From a virus, in IMG/VR virus record IMGVR_UViG_3300029207_000009, positions 1 through 36,260 of that record: 36,260 nucleotides of DNA. One strand, 5' to 3'. The notes below the pieces were generated by a model. The model was not told the DNA's origin. It was given only the letters and a program-made list of their open reading frames with translations, and searched no databases. Positions 25,452 through 32,410 of this stretch are shown here, in pieces. The position numbers and the translations under genes are program-made. Each line of letters begins with the position of its first letter. The stretch's first letter is position 1.

Positions 25452-26057
25452 CTAGTTAAATGGCAGCTCCTCATCAATGCCATCCGGAATATTCATAAAT
25501 CCATCCCCTGCAGGTGTAGATCCCTGCGGATACCCATTGATGTGATTCTTGTATGCTCTTGTCTCGTTCATATCTGGCACTGCAGCATCAGCAACCTTGT
25601 CTACGCTTACAAACCAACGAAGCACCCTCTTCTCCATCTCTCTGCCATCATAGTAGTCCATCTGGGGACCATACACGCCGCCAACCAGTTTTCCCTTGAA
25701 CTGCTGACCGAAATTATCTCCCCACTGCGTTGCGAATCCCTTGTTGGAATGTTCCACGCAAGTCAAAAATGTCTTAAATGAACGGCTACAATCTCCATTC
25801 TCATCTTCTGTCAGAATGTATTGCGTTGCCTGGTTCGACCATTTCTTGTCTGGGCGAATGTCATTCTTGAACGATTCTGCAAAATATCCCGCCTGCTTAT
25901 CTCCTGGAGCGAAATCAAAGAACACAACAATCATTGGTTTATTGGTCTTTGACATTCGTTCCTCAACCTGTTTAATTACCAGTGTATGTCCTCCAAGCTC
26001 AACGGGAGTAAATTCTCCCTGAGCCTGTGTATTTTCATAATTATTCGGTTTTCTCAT
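25452..26057 (-). CDS. DUF669-family single-stranded DNA-binding protein (cognate SSB of Sak4-type recombinases)
   Basis: 201 aa, immediately downstream of the AAA_24 ATPase. It has an acidic C-terminal tip, ...DGIDEELPFN. Confidence 0.75.
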   Translation of the reverse strand: MRKPNNYENTQAQGEFTPVELGGHTLVIKQVEERMSKTNKPMIVVFFDFAPGDKQAGYFAESFKNDIRPDKKWSNQATQYILTEDENGDCSRSFKTFLTCVEHSNKGFATQWGDNFGQQFKGKLVGGVYGPQMDYYDGREMEKRVLRWFVSVDKVADAAVPDMNETRAYKNHINGYPQGSTPAGDGFMNIPDGIDEELPFN

Positions 26058-26058
26058 T

Positions 26059-26700
26059 TTAATAGTCCTCCAATGCTTTCATTACTTCTACAATATCGTT
26101 ATCAATCTCCATCTGGTCAAATGCTCCCATTGGAGATTTTGCCGTACTATTGTTTGCCTGAGTTTCAAATTTATATGCTCCATCTACGCACTTGCTAAGC
26201 AGTACTGTAGTGAACTTACTTTCCAGACAGATCTTGTCCAGCTTCTTCCCAGAGGTTTTGATTCTGGTAAACATATAACCGGCTTCATCGTGATCTGTCT
26301 GCGTATGTGCCGTGAAAATAATTGTCAGATCATCCCTGTATGTATATGCTTCGCAGACCAAATCCCAGACACACGCCGCAAGATCTACCCATTTGTCATA
26401 ACCTTTTTCCTTACTCCGGCGCATCTCATCAGCTACCATCAATCCGTTGACCGTGTCAATTACAATCACTTTTACTCCTGGACAAGCCTCTGCAATTCGT
26501 TTAATATACTGGCGGACAATATTTGCATCATCGCATGCCAGATAATTTTTATTTTCTTTGTTATACTGTTTTCTCCATCCCTTCCAAGAAAGTCCTTTCT
26601 TATCAGCATCAATATAATATGTTGTCTTTGGATCTAAATTTCTCATAGATGTTGTTTTGCCGGATCCTGATTCTCCCATAATACAAATAACTTTGCTCAT
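26059..26700 (-). CDS. Sak4-like recombination ATPase (AAA_24 family, RecA-related)
   Basis: 213 aa. Walker A is IMGESGSGKT and Walker B is VIVIDT. SD AGGAGGAAGAGG. Confidence 0.85.
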   Translation of the reverse strand: MSKVICIMGESGSGKTTSMRNLDPKTTYYIDADKKGLSWKGWRKQYNKENKNYLACDDANIVRQYIKRIAEACPGVKVIVIDTVNGLMVADEMRRSKEKGYDKWVDLAACVWDLVCEAYTYRDDLTIIFTAHTQTDHDEAGYMFTRIKTSGKKLDKICLESKFTTVLLSKCVDGAYKFETQANNSTAKSPMGAFDQMEIDNDIVEVMKALEDY

Positions 26701-26884
26701 CTTCCTCTTCCTCCTGCTTCTGAGTAATGGAATAACTCATCTTCCCAATACCGTATTTTTTAAATGTATTAATGATTTCACCAGCTTCCGTCAGTTCAGG
26801 TACCCTGAAAGCTGCTGTTTCTTCTAAATCAATTCCGTAATCTGATGTATATTTCTGCGTTACTCTTACTTCCCACATATCCAT
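26609..26884 (-). CDS. Hypothetical protein (91 aa), whose 3' end overlaps the Sak4-like gene by 92 nt
   Basis: Track ORF. The acidic QEEEEDE stretch coincides with the SD/start of the next gene. Confidence 0.5.
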   Translation of the reverse strand: MDMWEVRVTQKYTSDYGIDLEETAAFRVPELTEAGEIINTFKKYGIGKMSYSITQKQEEEEDEQSYLYYGRIRIRQNNIYEKFRSKDNILY

Positions 26885-26889
26885 ATCTC

Positions 26890-27375
26890 CTATCGAATTC
26901 TTAATCCTTCGCTCTGCTCCAAATGCGCAAAATCTGCCGGGTTATCTTTAAGCCACTTCTTGAGTGAAGCCTTGTCCAGCTTCGGATCCTGCTTAATCCA
27001 GTACTCTTCTGGAATCTTATCTTCCTGATCAACTACAACTGATGCCGGATTCTTCTGAATATTAAATCCGAATAAGGCCGTCTTAAATTTTCTCTTTCCG
27101 GTATCGATCATTGCCTTCTCAAGATATTTTTTTACTCTATCAGCATTGTTGGAGATCACGTCTTTTCTCGCTTTTAAACGCTCAATTTCTTCGTTGATCA
27201 CACTTGTCACACCATTCAGTTCACGGATCAGCTTTGCACAGTTATCCGCCTTTGCTTCGATTTCTCCATCCACACCTTCTAATGTGTCCTGCAGCACCTC
27301 TGGATCAACGGAGTCATCCTCCATCATCTCCAAAAGCTGTCTATATTCCTCTGTTAATTCATATAATGTTGCCAT
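26890..27375 (-). CDS. Siphovirus Gp157-family protein
   Basis: 161 aa. MATLYELTEEYRQLLEMMEDDSVDPEVLQDTLEGVDGEIEAKADNCAKLI... is typical of Sipho_Gp157. Confidence 0.8.
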   Translation of the reverse strand: MATLYELTEEYRQLLEMMEDDSVDPEVLQDTLEGVDGEIEAKADNCAKLIRELNGVTSVINEEIERLKARKDVISNNADRVKKYLEKAMIDTGKRKFKTALFGFNIQKNPASVVVDQEDKIPEEYWIKQDPKLDKASLKKWLKDNPADFAHLEQSEGLRIR

Positions 27376-27389
27376 ATCTCTACCTCCGA

Positions 27390-27581
27390 CTATTCTTTGT
27401 CATACACCACTTGCTCTGCAGCCTTTACGATCAAAAGACTTGCAATCTGCTTAAGTGATAAAGTTGATTCATTATAAATCTCTACCAGTGCGTTATATGC
27501 TTCCGGTGTTACTTTAACCACCATCTGATCATCTACCGGCTGTTTCCTTCTGGCCGGAATATGTATCTTTCCATCACTCAT
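27390..27581 (-). CDS. Hypothetical small protein (63 aa)
   Basis: Track ORF, packed in the early operon. Confidence 0.5.
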   Translation of the reverse strand: MSDGKIHIPARRKQPVDDQMVVKVTPEAYNALVEIYNESTLSLKQIASLLIVKAAEQVVYDKE

Positions 27582-27948
27582 GACTGTTCTCCTTCTGCAA
27601 TACAGGGAAGTCTTTTAACATCTTCTCCATCCACTGCTCTGAATCCCGATTGCCAAATCCGATAATATCTTCTCCTAGAACTAACCCGAAGATCACATCG
27701 CCGGCAATCATACAACCATGCTCTTCGATTCCATAAAATACAGAAGCCACTGCATTGCAAGAAAGTCCTTTGATTAACCCTTCCTCATCAACCAGCATAA
27801 TCACCGGAGCTTTAAAGTAATCCCACATCTTTCTTGTCTTCACAGTCTCGAAATATCCGTCGACTGCCTGCTGGATAGATCTGAAATCCTTAAAATCTAC
27901 ATCGACGATAGAGATCTTATTATCCGTTGTAATTTTCAGCGTCTTCAT
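27574..27948 (-). CDS. DUF3846-like protein
   Basis: 124 aa. ...VDGYFETV...VIMLVDEEGLIKGLSCNAVAS... resembles DUF3846 of phages and conjugative elements. Confidence 0.6.
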   Translation of the reverse strand: MKTLKITTDNKISIVDVDFKDFRSIQQAVDGYFETVKTRKMWDYFKAPVIMLVDEEGLIKGLSCNAVASVFYGIEEHGCMIAGDVIFGLVLGEDIIGFGNRDSEQWMEKMLKDFPVLQKENSHE

Positions 27949-28157
27949 CTTTTCTCCTCCGCCTGTTTAATGGCTTCCTTTGTAATACTTACCAGAACTT
28001 CCTTTGCCAGTTCTTCTGGCATATGTCCGCGAAGTGATCTATACATTGCCGCTGTAACTCCTTTATATTCCTTTATCAGTTCTGCTCCTGATCCAAGTAG
28101 TTCTACCTGGCATCCCGTTATTCCGCTACAAACGGACTGTGATGTTGCTTTAATCAT
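27945..28157 (-). CDS. Hypothetical small protein (70 aa)
   Basis: Start chosen at MIKATSQ (ATG 28157, AAGGGA upstream). The longer track ORF extends to 28214. Confidence 0.5.
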   Translation of the reverse strand: MIKATSQSVCSGITGCQVELLGSGAELIKEYKGVTAAMYRSLRGHMPEELAKEVLVSITKEAIKQAEEKR

Positions 28158-28242
28158 TTGACTAATTCCCTTTCTTCTCATATAATATAGTTGACTAATT
28201 TTCTGAGCGCCCAAAGCTTGCCGGCTTATACGGGTGCTCTTC

Positions 28243-28464
28243 TTATTTCCACGTCAGATCAAATATCTGTCTTAACTGATCCGGCGTATAGATTTTTGCT
28301 GATGGCACCGTCACACAGCTGATCAGGTAATTTCTCCGCACCTCTACGGTGTTTGACTCCTTACTGATCGCATCTAAGTGCTCCTGGATTCTTTCCAGTT
28401 CTTTCCGGAATTCATGATCATCCATCAGTCTTGGTATCTCTTGCAACGTCCTCACCTCCTTCAC
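28243..28464 (-). CDS. Hypothetical small protein (73 aa)
   Basis: The GTG start overlaps the stop of the upstream mini-ORF (GGTGAAGG). Confidence 0.5.
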   Translation of the reverse strand: MKEVRTLQEIPRLMDDHEFRKELERIQEHLDAISKESNTVEVRRNYLISCVTVPSAKIYTPDQLRQIFDLTWK

Positions 28465-28589
28465 CTTACAAGCAACCAGACAAATAACATTGCATCAAAT
28501 GCAAGTCCTATTGCGGCGCCGATCAGGATCTCTAACACCGTTTCTCTAATGATTCGCTGCCATTTTGTTCTTGGTCCTCTTCTTTTCAT
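28461..28589 (-). CDS. Mini membrane protein (42 aa)
   Basis: Own translation: MKRRGPRTKWQRIIRETVLEILIGAAIGLAFDAMLFVWLLVR. SD GGAGGTGG. It is below the track cut-off. Confidence 0.5.
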   Translation of the reverse strand: MKRRGPRTKWQRIIRETVLEILIGAAIGLAFDAMLFVWLLVR

Positions 28590-28611
28590 GCTTGTCCACC
28601 TCCCCTACCGC

Positions 28612-28755
28612 CTAAGCGGTTTTCTCTTTCTGGTATCCCAGATATCCAACAGCTACACGATTCAACTCATTCACGATCGTTGCTCGCTCCTCTGCAGATA
28701 ATGTAGCCATGTCTCTCTCTACTCCATCGATAATCACGATGTTAATATGTTTCAA
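28612..28755 (-). CDS. Possible mini-ORF (47 aa, TTG start)
   Basis: Own translation: MKHINIVIIDGVERDMATLSAEERATIVNELNRVAVGYLGYQKEKTA. AGAGGTGA lies upstream. The evidence is weak. Confidence 0.3.
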   Translation of the reverse strand: MKHINIVIIDGVERDMATLSAEERATIVNELNRVAVGYLGYQKEKTA

Positions 28756-28776
28756 ACTACATCACCTCTTTATAGG

Positions 28777-28980
28777 TTATGTATCACTGTTTGTACTTGT
28801 TGCATTCTGATCTTTGACATGAATCGCACAATCATTTATTCCGACCACTGTTGTTACTGGTGAACAACCTATATATTGAACGGTCTGCTCCACATTTTCT
28901 CTCATACACTTTCCGCAAACCAGACAATAATTTGCATTCTCTGGAAGCTCGGTAAAACATACTGGGCATAATCGCTTCAT
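28777..28980 (-). CDS. Zinc-ribbon protein (67 aa)
   Basis: MKRLCPVCFTELPENANYCLVCGKCM... has a CxxC...CxxC pattern. SD AGAGGTGG. Confidence 0.6.
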   Translation of the reverse strand: MKRLCPVCFTELPENANYCLVCGKCMRENVEQTVQYIGCSPVTTVVGINDCAIHVKDQNATSTNSDT

Positions 28981-28999
28981 AATATCCACCTCTCTTCTA

Positions 29000-29028
29000 T
29001 TGCATCCTCCTTAAATCTCTCCTATACT
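29000..29028 (+). promoter_or_regulatory. SigA-type promoter for the plus-strand small TM gene
   Basis: TTGCAT (29000..29005), a 17-nt spacer, then TATACT (29023..29028). Confidence 0.6.
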
Positions 29029-29078
29029 CTAAATACAAACACTGCCACGCTGAGTATTTATGAAAGGAGATATATTGT

Positions 29079-29306
29079 ATGGATCCTAATTGGCACGCCC
29101 AACTAATGATTGATGAAATTAACAAACAAAGTGAACGTGACGCCCTTTTAAAAGAAACCCATGATACTCTTTTACAAATGCAAGAAGCATCTGAAAAGGA
29201 ATCTGCTATAAATTCAAAGCGATTTATAATTCAGACAGTTCTTTCTGTAGCATCTCTAATTGTTGCTGCAATTGCTGCTGTTGCTTCCATAATTTCTTTG
29301 TTGTAA
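29079..29306 (+). CDS. Small tail-anchored membrane protein (75 aa), oriented against the early operon
   Basis: SD AAAGGAG lies 9 nt upstream. The C-terminal TM segment is IIQTVLSVASLIVAAIAAVASIISLL. It has its own promoter. Confidence 0.6.
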   Translation: MDPNWHAQLMIDEINKQSERDALLKETHDTLLQMQEASEKESAINSKRFIIQTVLSVASLIVAAIAAVASIISLL

Positions 29307-29382
29307 GAACTATGGATATTTGATCGATAGCCGTTAATACTGCGGCTATTGATACTAATAAAACGGATACACTTTCAGCCAC
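29224..29382 (-). CDS. Possible small membrane protein (52 aa, GTG start) whose 3' end overlaps the convergent 29079..29306 gene
   Basis: GTG 29382 lies 2 nt after the Cro-like stop and is preceded by GGGAGGGAG. The N-terminal TM segment is VSVLLVSIAAVLTAI. The Q-rich tail is antisense to the TM codons of the plus-strand ORF. Confidence 0.35.
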   Translation of the reverse strand: MAESVSVLLVSIAAVLTAIDQISIVLTTKKLWKQQQQLQQQLEMLQKELSEL

Positions 29383-29383
29383 T

Positions 29384-29605
29384 TTACTCCCTCCCTTCTT
29401 TTGAACCTGTTTCATCTGTTGCTGAAATTAATTCATCCACAGCCACACCGAAATATCCAGCCAAAATTTTAAGCTTGGCTATCTTCGGTTTGCTCCTTCC
29501 TGATTTCCAATCAGAAAAAGTAGACTTCGGAATCCCCGTATCTTTTGCTACCCTGTAGTCAGATACACCTTTTTGATTTCGAAGTTCTACATATCTTTCA
29601 TACAT
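29384..29605 (-). CDS. Cro-like XRE-family HTH protein (73 aa), first gene of the leftward early operon
   Basis: Start at MYERYVELRNQKGVSDYRVAKDTGIPKSTFSDWKSGRSKPK (ATG 29605, SD GAGGTGA). It is a paralog of the divergent repressor's HTH. Confidence 0.8.
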   Translation of the reverse strand: MYERYVELRNQKGVSDYRVAKDTGIPKSTFSDWKSGRSKPKIAKLKILAGYFGVAVDELISATDETGSKEGRE

Positions 29606-29620
29606 AAAAATAATCACCTC

Positions 29621-29655
29621 ATTTCCGAACTTTCTATTGATTTTAGTTCGGAAAT
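29621..29655. promoter_or_regulatory. Operator: perfect 11-nt inverted repeat ATTTCCGAACT-N13-AGTTCGGAAAT
   Basis: Read directly. It lies between the candidate leftward promoter and the Cro-like SD. Confidence 0.7.
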
Positions 29656-29660
29656 CAGAT

Positions 29661-29688
29661 ACAATATATTTACCAGATACATTGACAA
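29661..29688 (-). promoter_or_regulatory. Candidate leftward early promoter
   Basis: The minus strand reads TTGTCA (29688..29683), a 16-nt spacer, then TATTGT (29666..29661). The -10 is only a moderate match. Confidence 0.4.
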
Positions 29689-29711
29689 ATGAATTAAAAC
29701 TTAATTCTGTT

Positions 29712-29740
29712 TTGATTTCCGAACTTTGTAGCTTTATTAT
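29712..29740 (+). promoter_or_regulatory. Candidate rightward (repressor) promoter overlapping operator copy 3
   Basis: TTGATT (29712..29717), a 17-nt spacer, then TATTAT (29735..29740). The half-site ATTTCCGAACT at 29715..29725 sits in the spacer. Confidence 0.55.
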
Positions 29741-29747
29741 AGTGCGG

Positions 29748-29790
29748 ATTTCAGAACTTGTCAATAACTTTTTGTACTGATTTCAGAATT
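29748..29790. promoter_or_regulatory. Two further operator half-site copies in the repressor leader
   Basis: ATTTCAGAACT at 29748..29758 and ATTTCAGAATT at 29780..29790. Confidence 0.55.
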
Positions 29791-29809
29791 TATTATTTAG
29801 AGGTGTATT

Positions 29810-30187
29810 ATGTATGAAATTTATTGCAAGTTAAGAGATTCCAAAGGGATGAAAGACTCTGATGTAGCAAAGGCTACTGGAATCACAAAATCCACTTTTT
29901 CAGATTGGAAGAATGGCAGAAGTAATCCTAAAGATGCTAAGTTGCAGAAGATAGCTGATTTATTTGGTGTAACTGTCGAATATATTCGCACTGGGAAAAA
30001 ATCTAACGAATACTACACAAACAACGAAACTGCACAGGTAGCACAAGAGATATTTGAAAACAAAGAACTGAAAGCGCTGTTTGATGTCCAGAAAGATATG
30101 GATCCGGACGACTTAAAAGCTCTGCATAGCATGGCTCTCGCGCTTAAACGAAAGGAACGTGGTGATATTGACGACACCGGATGTTAA
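29810..30187 (+). CDS. cI-like XRE-family repressor
   Basis: 125 aa, MYEIYCKLRDSKGMKDSDVAKATGITKSTFSDWKNGRSNPKDAKLQKIADLFGVTVEYI. It is divergent from the Cro-like gene and followed by an ImmA-like gene. Confidence 0.85.
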   Translation: MYEIYCKLRDSKGMKDSDVAKATGITKSTFSDWKNGRSNPKDAKLQKIADLFGVTVEYIRTGKKSNEYYTNNETAQVAQEIFENKELKALFDVQKDMDPDDLKALHSMALALKRKERGDIDDTGC

Positions 30188-30566
30188 TGTCGTTCTTATG
30201 GATTTTCCTAGTAAAAAAGGAAATGAAATGGTTGTTCCGAACGAAGACGGAAGCTACACGATACTGATCAATGCCGGATTGAATTATGAATCTCAGCTTA
30301 AGGCATATGAGCATGCTATGAGTCATATAACAAATGATGACTTTTCGAAAGGTAATGTACAAGAAATTGAATACTATGCTCATCATCTACACAAAGATCC
30401 TGAGCCGGTTCAAATCTATCTTGATCGTATCAAGCAATTGCAAGCGGAACGAAGACGATTAAAGAAGCGGATTGCTCGTGATCAGAAACGTGTTGAATTT
30501 ATTCAGGAACATTGCGATATGTTCCACCGAGCTGAACACCACTATCTATATGGTGATGATTTATAA
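30159..30566 (+). CDS. ImmA/IrrE-like protein (short form) with a degenerate zincin motif
   Basis: 135 aa. ...NEDGSYTILINAGLNYESQLKAYEHAMSHITNDDF resembles short ImmA proteins, but reads HAMSH where HExxH is expected. The start is uncertain (GTG 30159/30162, TTG 30168 or ATG 30198). Confidence 0.65.
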   Translation: MVILTTPDVNVVLMDFPSKKGNEMVVPNEDGSYTILINAGLNYESQLKAYEHAMSHITNDDFSKGNVQEIEYYAHHLHKDPEPVQIYLDRIKQLQAERRRLKKRIARDQKRVEFIQEHCDMFHRAEHHYLYGDDL

Positions 30567-30588
30567 AATATGAAAGAGAGGAAAATGT

Positions 30589-31638
30589 ATGGAGTTCAAT
30601 GATGTAATTAAACAATTTTCAGAAAGGATACTGTCTTTAAAAGACACCATCACTACAGAAGAATCCACAAAAATGTCTCTTGTAGTGCCTTTATTTCAAC
30701 TTCTTGGGTATGATGTTTTCAATCCAAATGAATTTTGCCCAGAGTATATTGCTGATGTAGGAATTAAAAAAGGCGAAAAGGTTGATTATGCAATCCTTGA
30801 AAATGGACAGCCGAATATTTTAGTCGAATGCAAAAGTTGCTCAGAGCAACTCGACAAACATTCGTCTCAACTTTTTAGATATTTCGGGACATCTCCTGCT
30901 AAATTTGGCATTCTTACAAATGGCATAATATATCGTTTTTATACAGATTTAGAAGAATCAAACAAAATGGATCTTGTGCCATTTCTAGAAATAGACATGA
31001 CAAATTTAAAAGATTCTTCCATCAATGAATTAAAAAAATTTTGTAAAGATAATTTTGATAAGGACAAAATATTTAGTACTGCCGAAGAGCTTAAATATAG
31101 CAGTCAAATAAAAAACATCTTAACAAAACAGTTTGAATCTCCGACAGAAGACTTTGTTCGATTTATTTTAGCGAATATATACGATGGTCAAAAGAATCAG
31201 AGAATAATTGAAAAATTTACGCCTGTGGTAAAACGAGCTTTCTCTTCTTTTGTAAATGAAATAGTAAATAGTAAAATTTCTTCTGCATTAGCTGACGATT
31301 ATGATAAAGATGAAGAATCAGAACCCGAGATCAAAGAACCCGCATCAAAGATTGTTACAACGGAAGATGAAATTGAAAGTTTCTACATTATTCGCGGACT
31401 TCTTGCTGGTATCGTACCCGTTGAAGATATAGTTCACCGTGATACCGAAAGTTATTTTGGAATTCTGTATAAAGACAATAATAGAAAACCGATTTGTCGC
31501 CTCAATCTTGATGCAAGAAATAAACAGCTTCTCATCCCGGATGCTAATAAAAAATTCGAACGTATTTATATCGACTCTTTAAACGATTTGTACAAATACA
31601 AAAACCGTTTAATAGAAGTTGTAAAGAGATATATGTAA
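30589..31638 (+). CDS. Stand-alone HsdR-N-terminal-type PD-(D/E)xK nuclease-fold protein with an uncharacterised C-terminal half
   Basis: 349 aa, AT-rich. EESTKMSLVVPLFQLLGYDV...KVDYAILENGQPNILVECKS...QLFRYF...FGILTNGIIYRFY matches the HSDR_N pattern (D...E-x-K). Confidence 0.75.
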   Translation: MEFNDVIKQFSERILSLKDTITTEESTKMSLVVPLFQLLGYDVFNPNEFCPEYIADVGIKKGEKVDYAILENGQPNILVECKSCSEQLDKHSSQLFRYFGTSPAKFGILTNGIIYRFYTDLEESNKMDLVPFLEIDMTNLKDSSINELKKFCKDNFDKDKIFSTAEELKYSSQIKNILTKQFESPTEDFVRFILANIYDGQKNQRIIEKFTPVVKRAFSSFVNEIVNSKISSALADDYDKDEESEPEIKEPASKIVTTEDEIESFYIIRGLLAGIVPVEDIVHRDTESYFGILYKDNNRKPICRLNLDARNKQLLIPDANKKFERIYIDSLNDLYKYKNRLIEVVKRYM

Positions 31639-31777
31639 TTCATCCAGTATCTCTAACCATAAATACACTGCCCTCTTGATACGATAGTATTTGTATGGCG
31701 GAGATATCTGATTGAATAAATAATCTCTGAAAAAAGCGAAACATTTTGGAACAAATAAAACGAAGGGGAAAAAACAT

Positions 31778-32410
31778 ATGAAAAAGAAATTTGTAGCACT
31801 ATTACTGGCATCATCTATGGCATTGTCATTATCTGCTTGTGGAAGATCTGGATCTGATTCTTCAAGTTCTAAGTCCGACACGAAAAAAGAAGAAACAGTA
31901 AAATCTGATAAAAAAGCTGATGAAGCTACCACTGAAGATTCTTCAGATAAAGCAAATTCATCCGAAAGTGACACATCTGATCAAGGAAACGATTCTACTT
32001 CTTCTACATCAGATACACAAACAGCATCTTCGTTAAATATGGACAAATGTATATCTGATTTAAAAGCGAACTTACCGCTTGATCCAGATTACACCTATGT
32101 TCAAGATTATTATATCGGAGTAAAAGATGATACAATAACTATAACTGCAGTTGTTGATGATTCTACTGATCCATCCCTTGCTCTTGATTTTGCTGATACT
32201 CTTGTAAGGCAATTGAATTTATATGCGCAAATGCAAGATTCTTCTATAGAATCAAGTTCACAGAACTTTTATGGAGGTCTCTATACTCGCTATAATGCCC
32301 TTGTTGGCGTCGCACCAGCCAGTAAAACTAATAGCCAGAAAGATTGGTTTGTCTACGACGGCATATCTGGTGGAAAGGTTATGCTTAAATTAAATAAACA
32401 ATATAGATAA
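31778..32410 (+). CDS. Secreted lipoprotein with a Ser/Asp/Thr-rich linker
   Basis: 210 aa. It has a signal peptide plus lipobox, MKKKFVALLLASSMALSLSAC. This is followed by about 65 aa of low-complexity S/D/T/K/E and then a globular domain. Confidence 0.8.
   Translation: MKKKFVALLLASSMALSLSACGRSGSDSSSSKSDTKKEETVKSDKKADEATTEDSSDKANSSESDTSDQGNDSTSSTSDTQTASSLNMDKCISDLKANLPLDPDYTYVQDYYIGVKDDTITITAVVDDSTDPSLALDFADTLVRQLNLYAQMQDSSIESSSQNFYGGLYTRYNALVGVAPASKTNSQKDWFVYDGISGGKVMLKLNKQYR

Noticed and set aside
31609-31974. 121-aa minus-strand ORF opposite the lipoprotein gene
   Set aside because: It is antisense to the Ser/Asp/Thr-rich linker codons, which keep the antisense frame open. The lipoprotein frame has a clear signal peptide, lipobox and SD.
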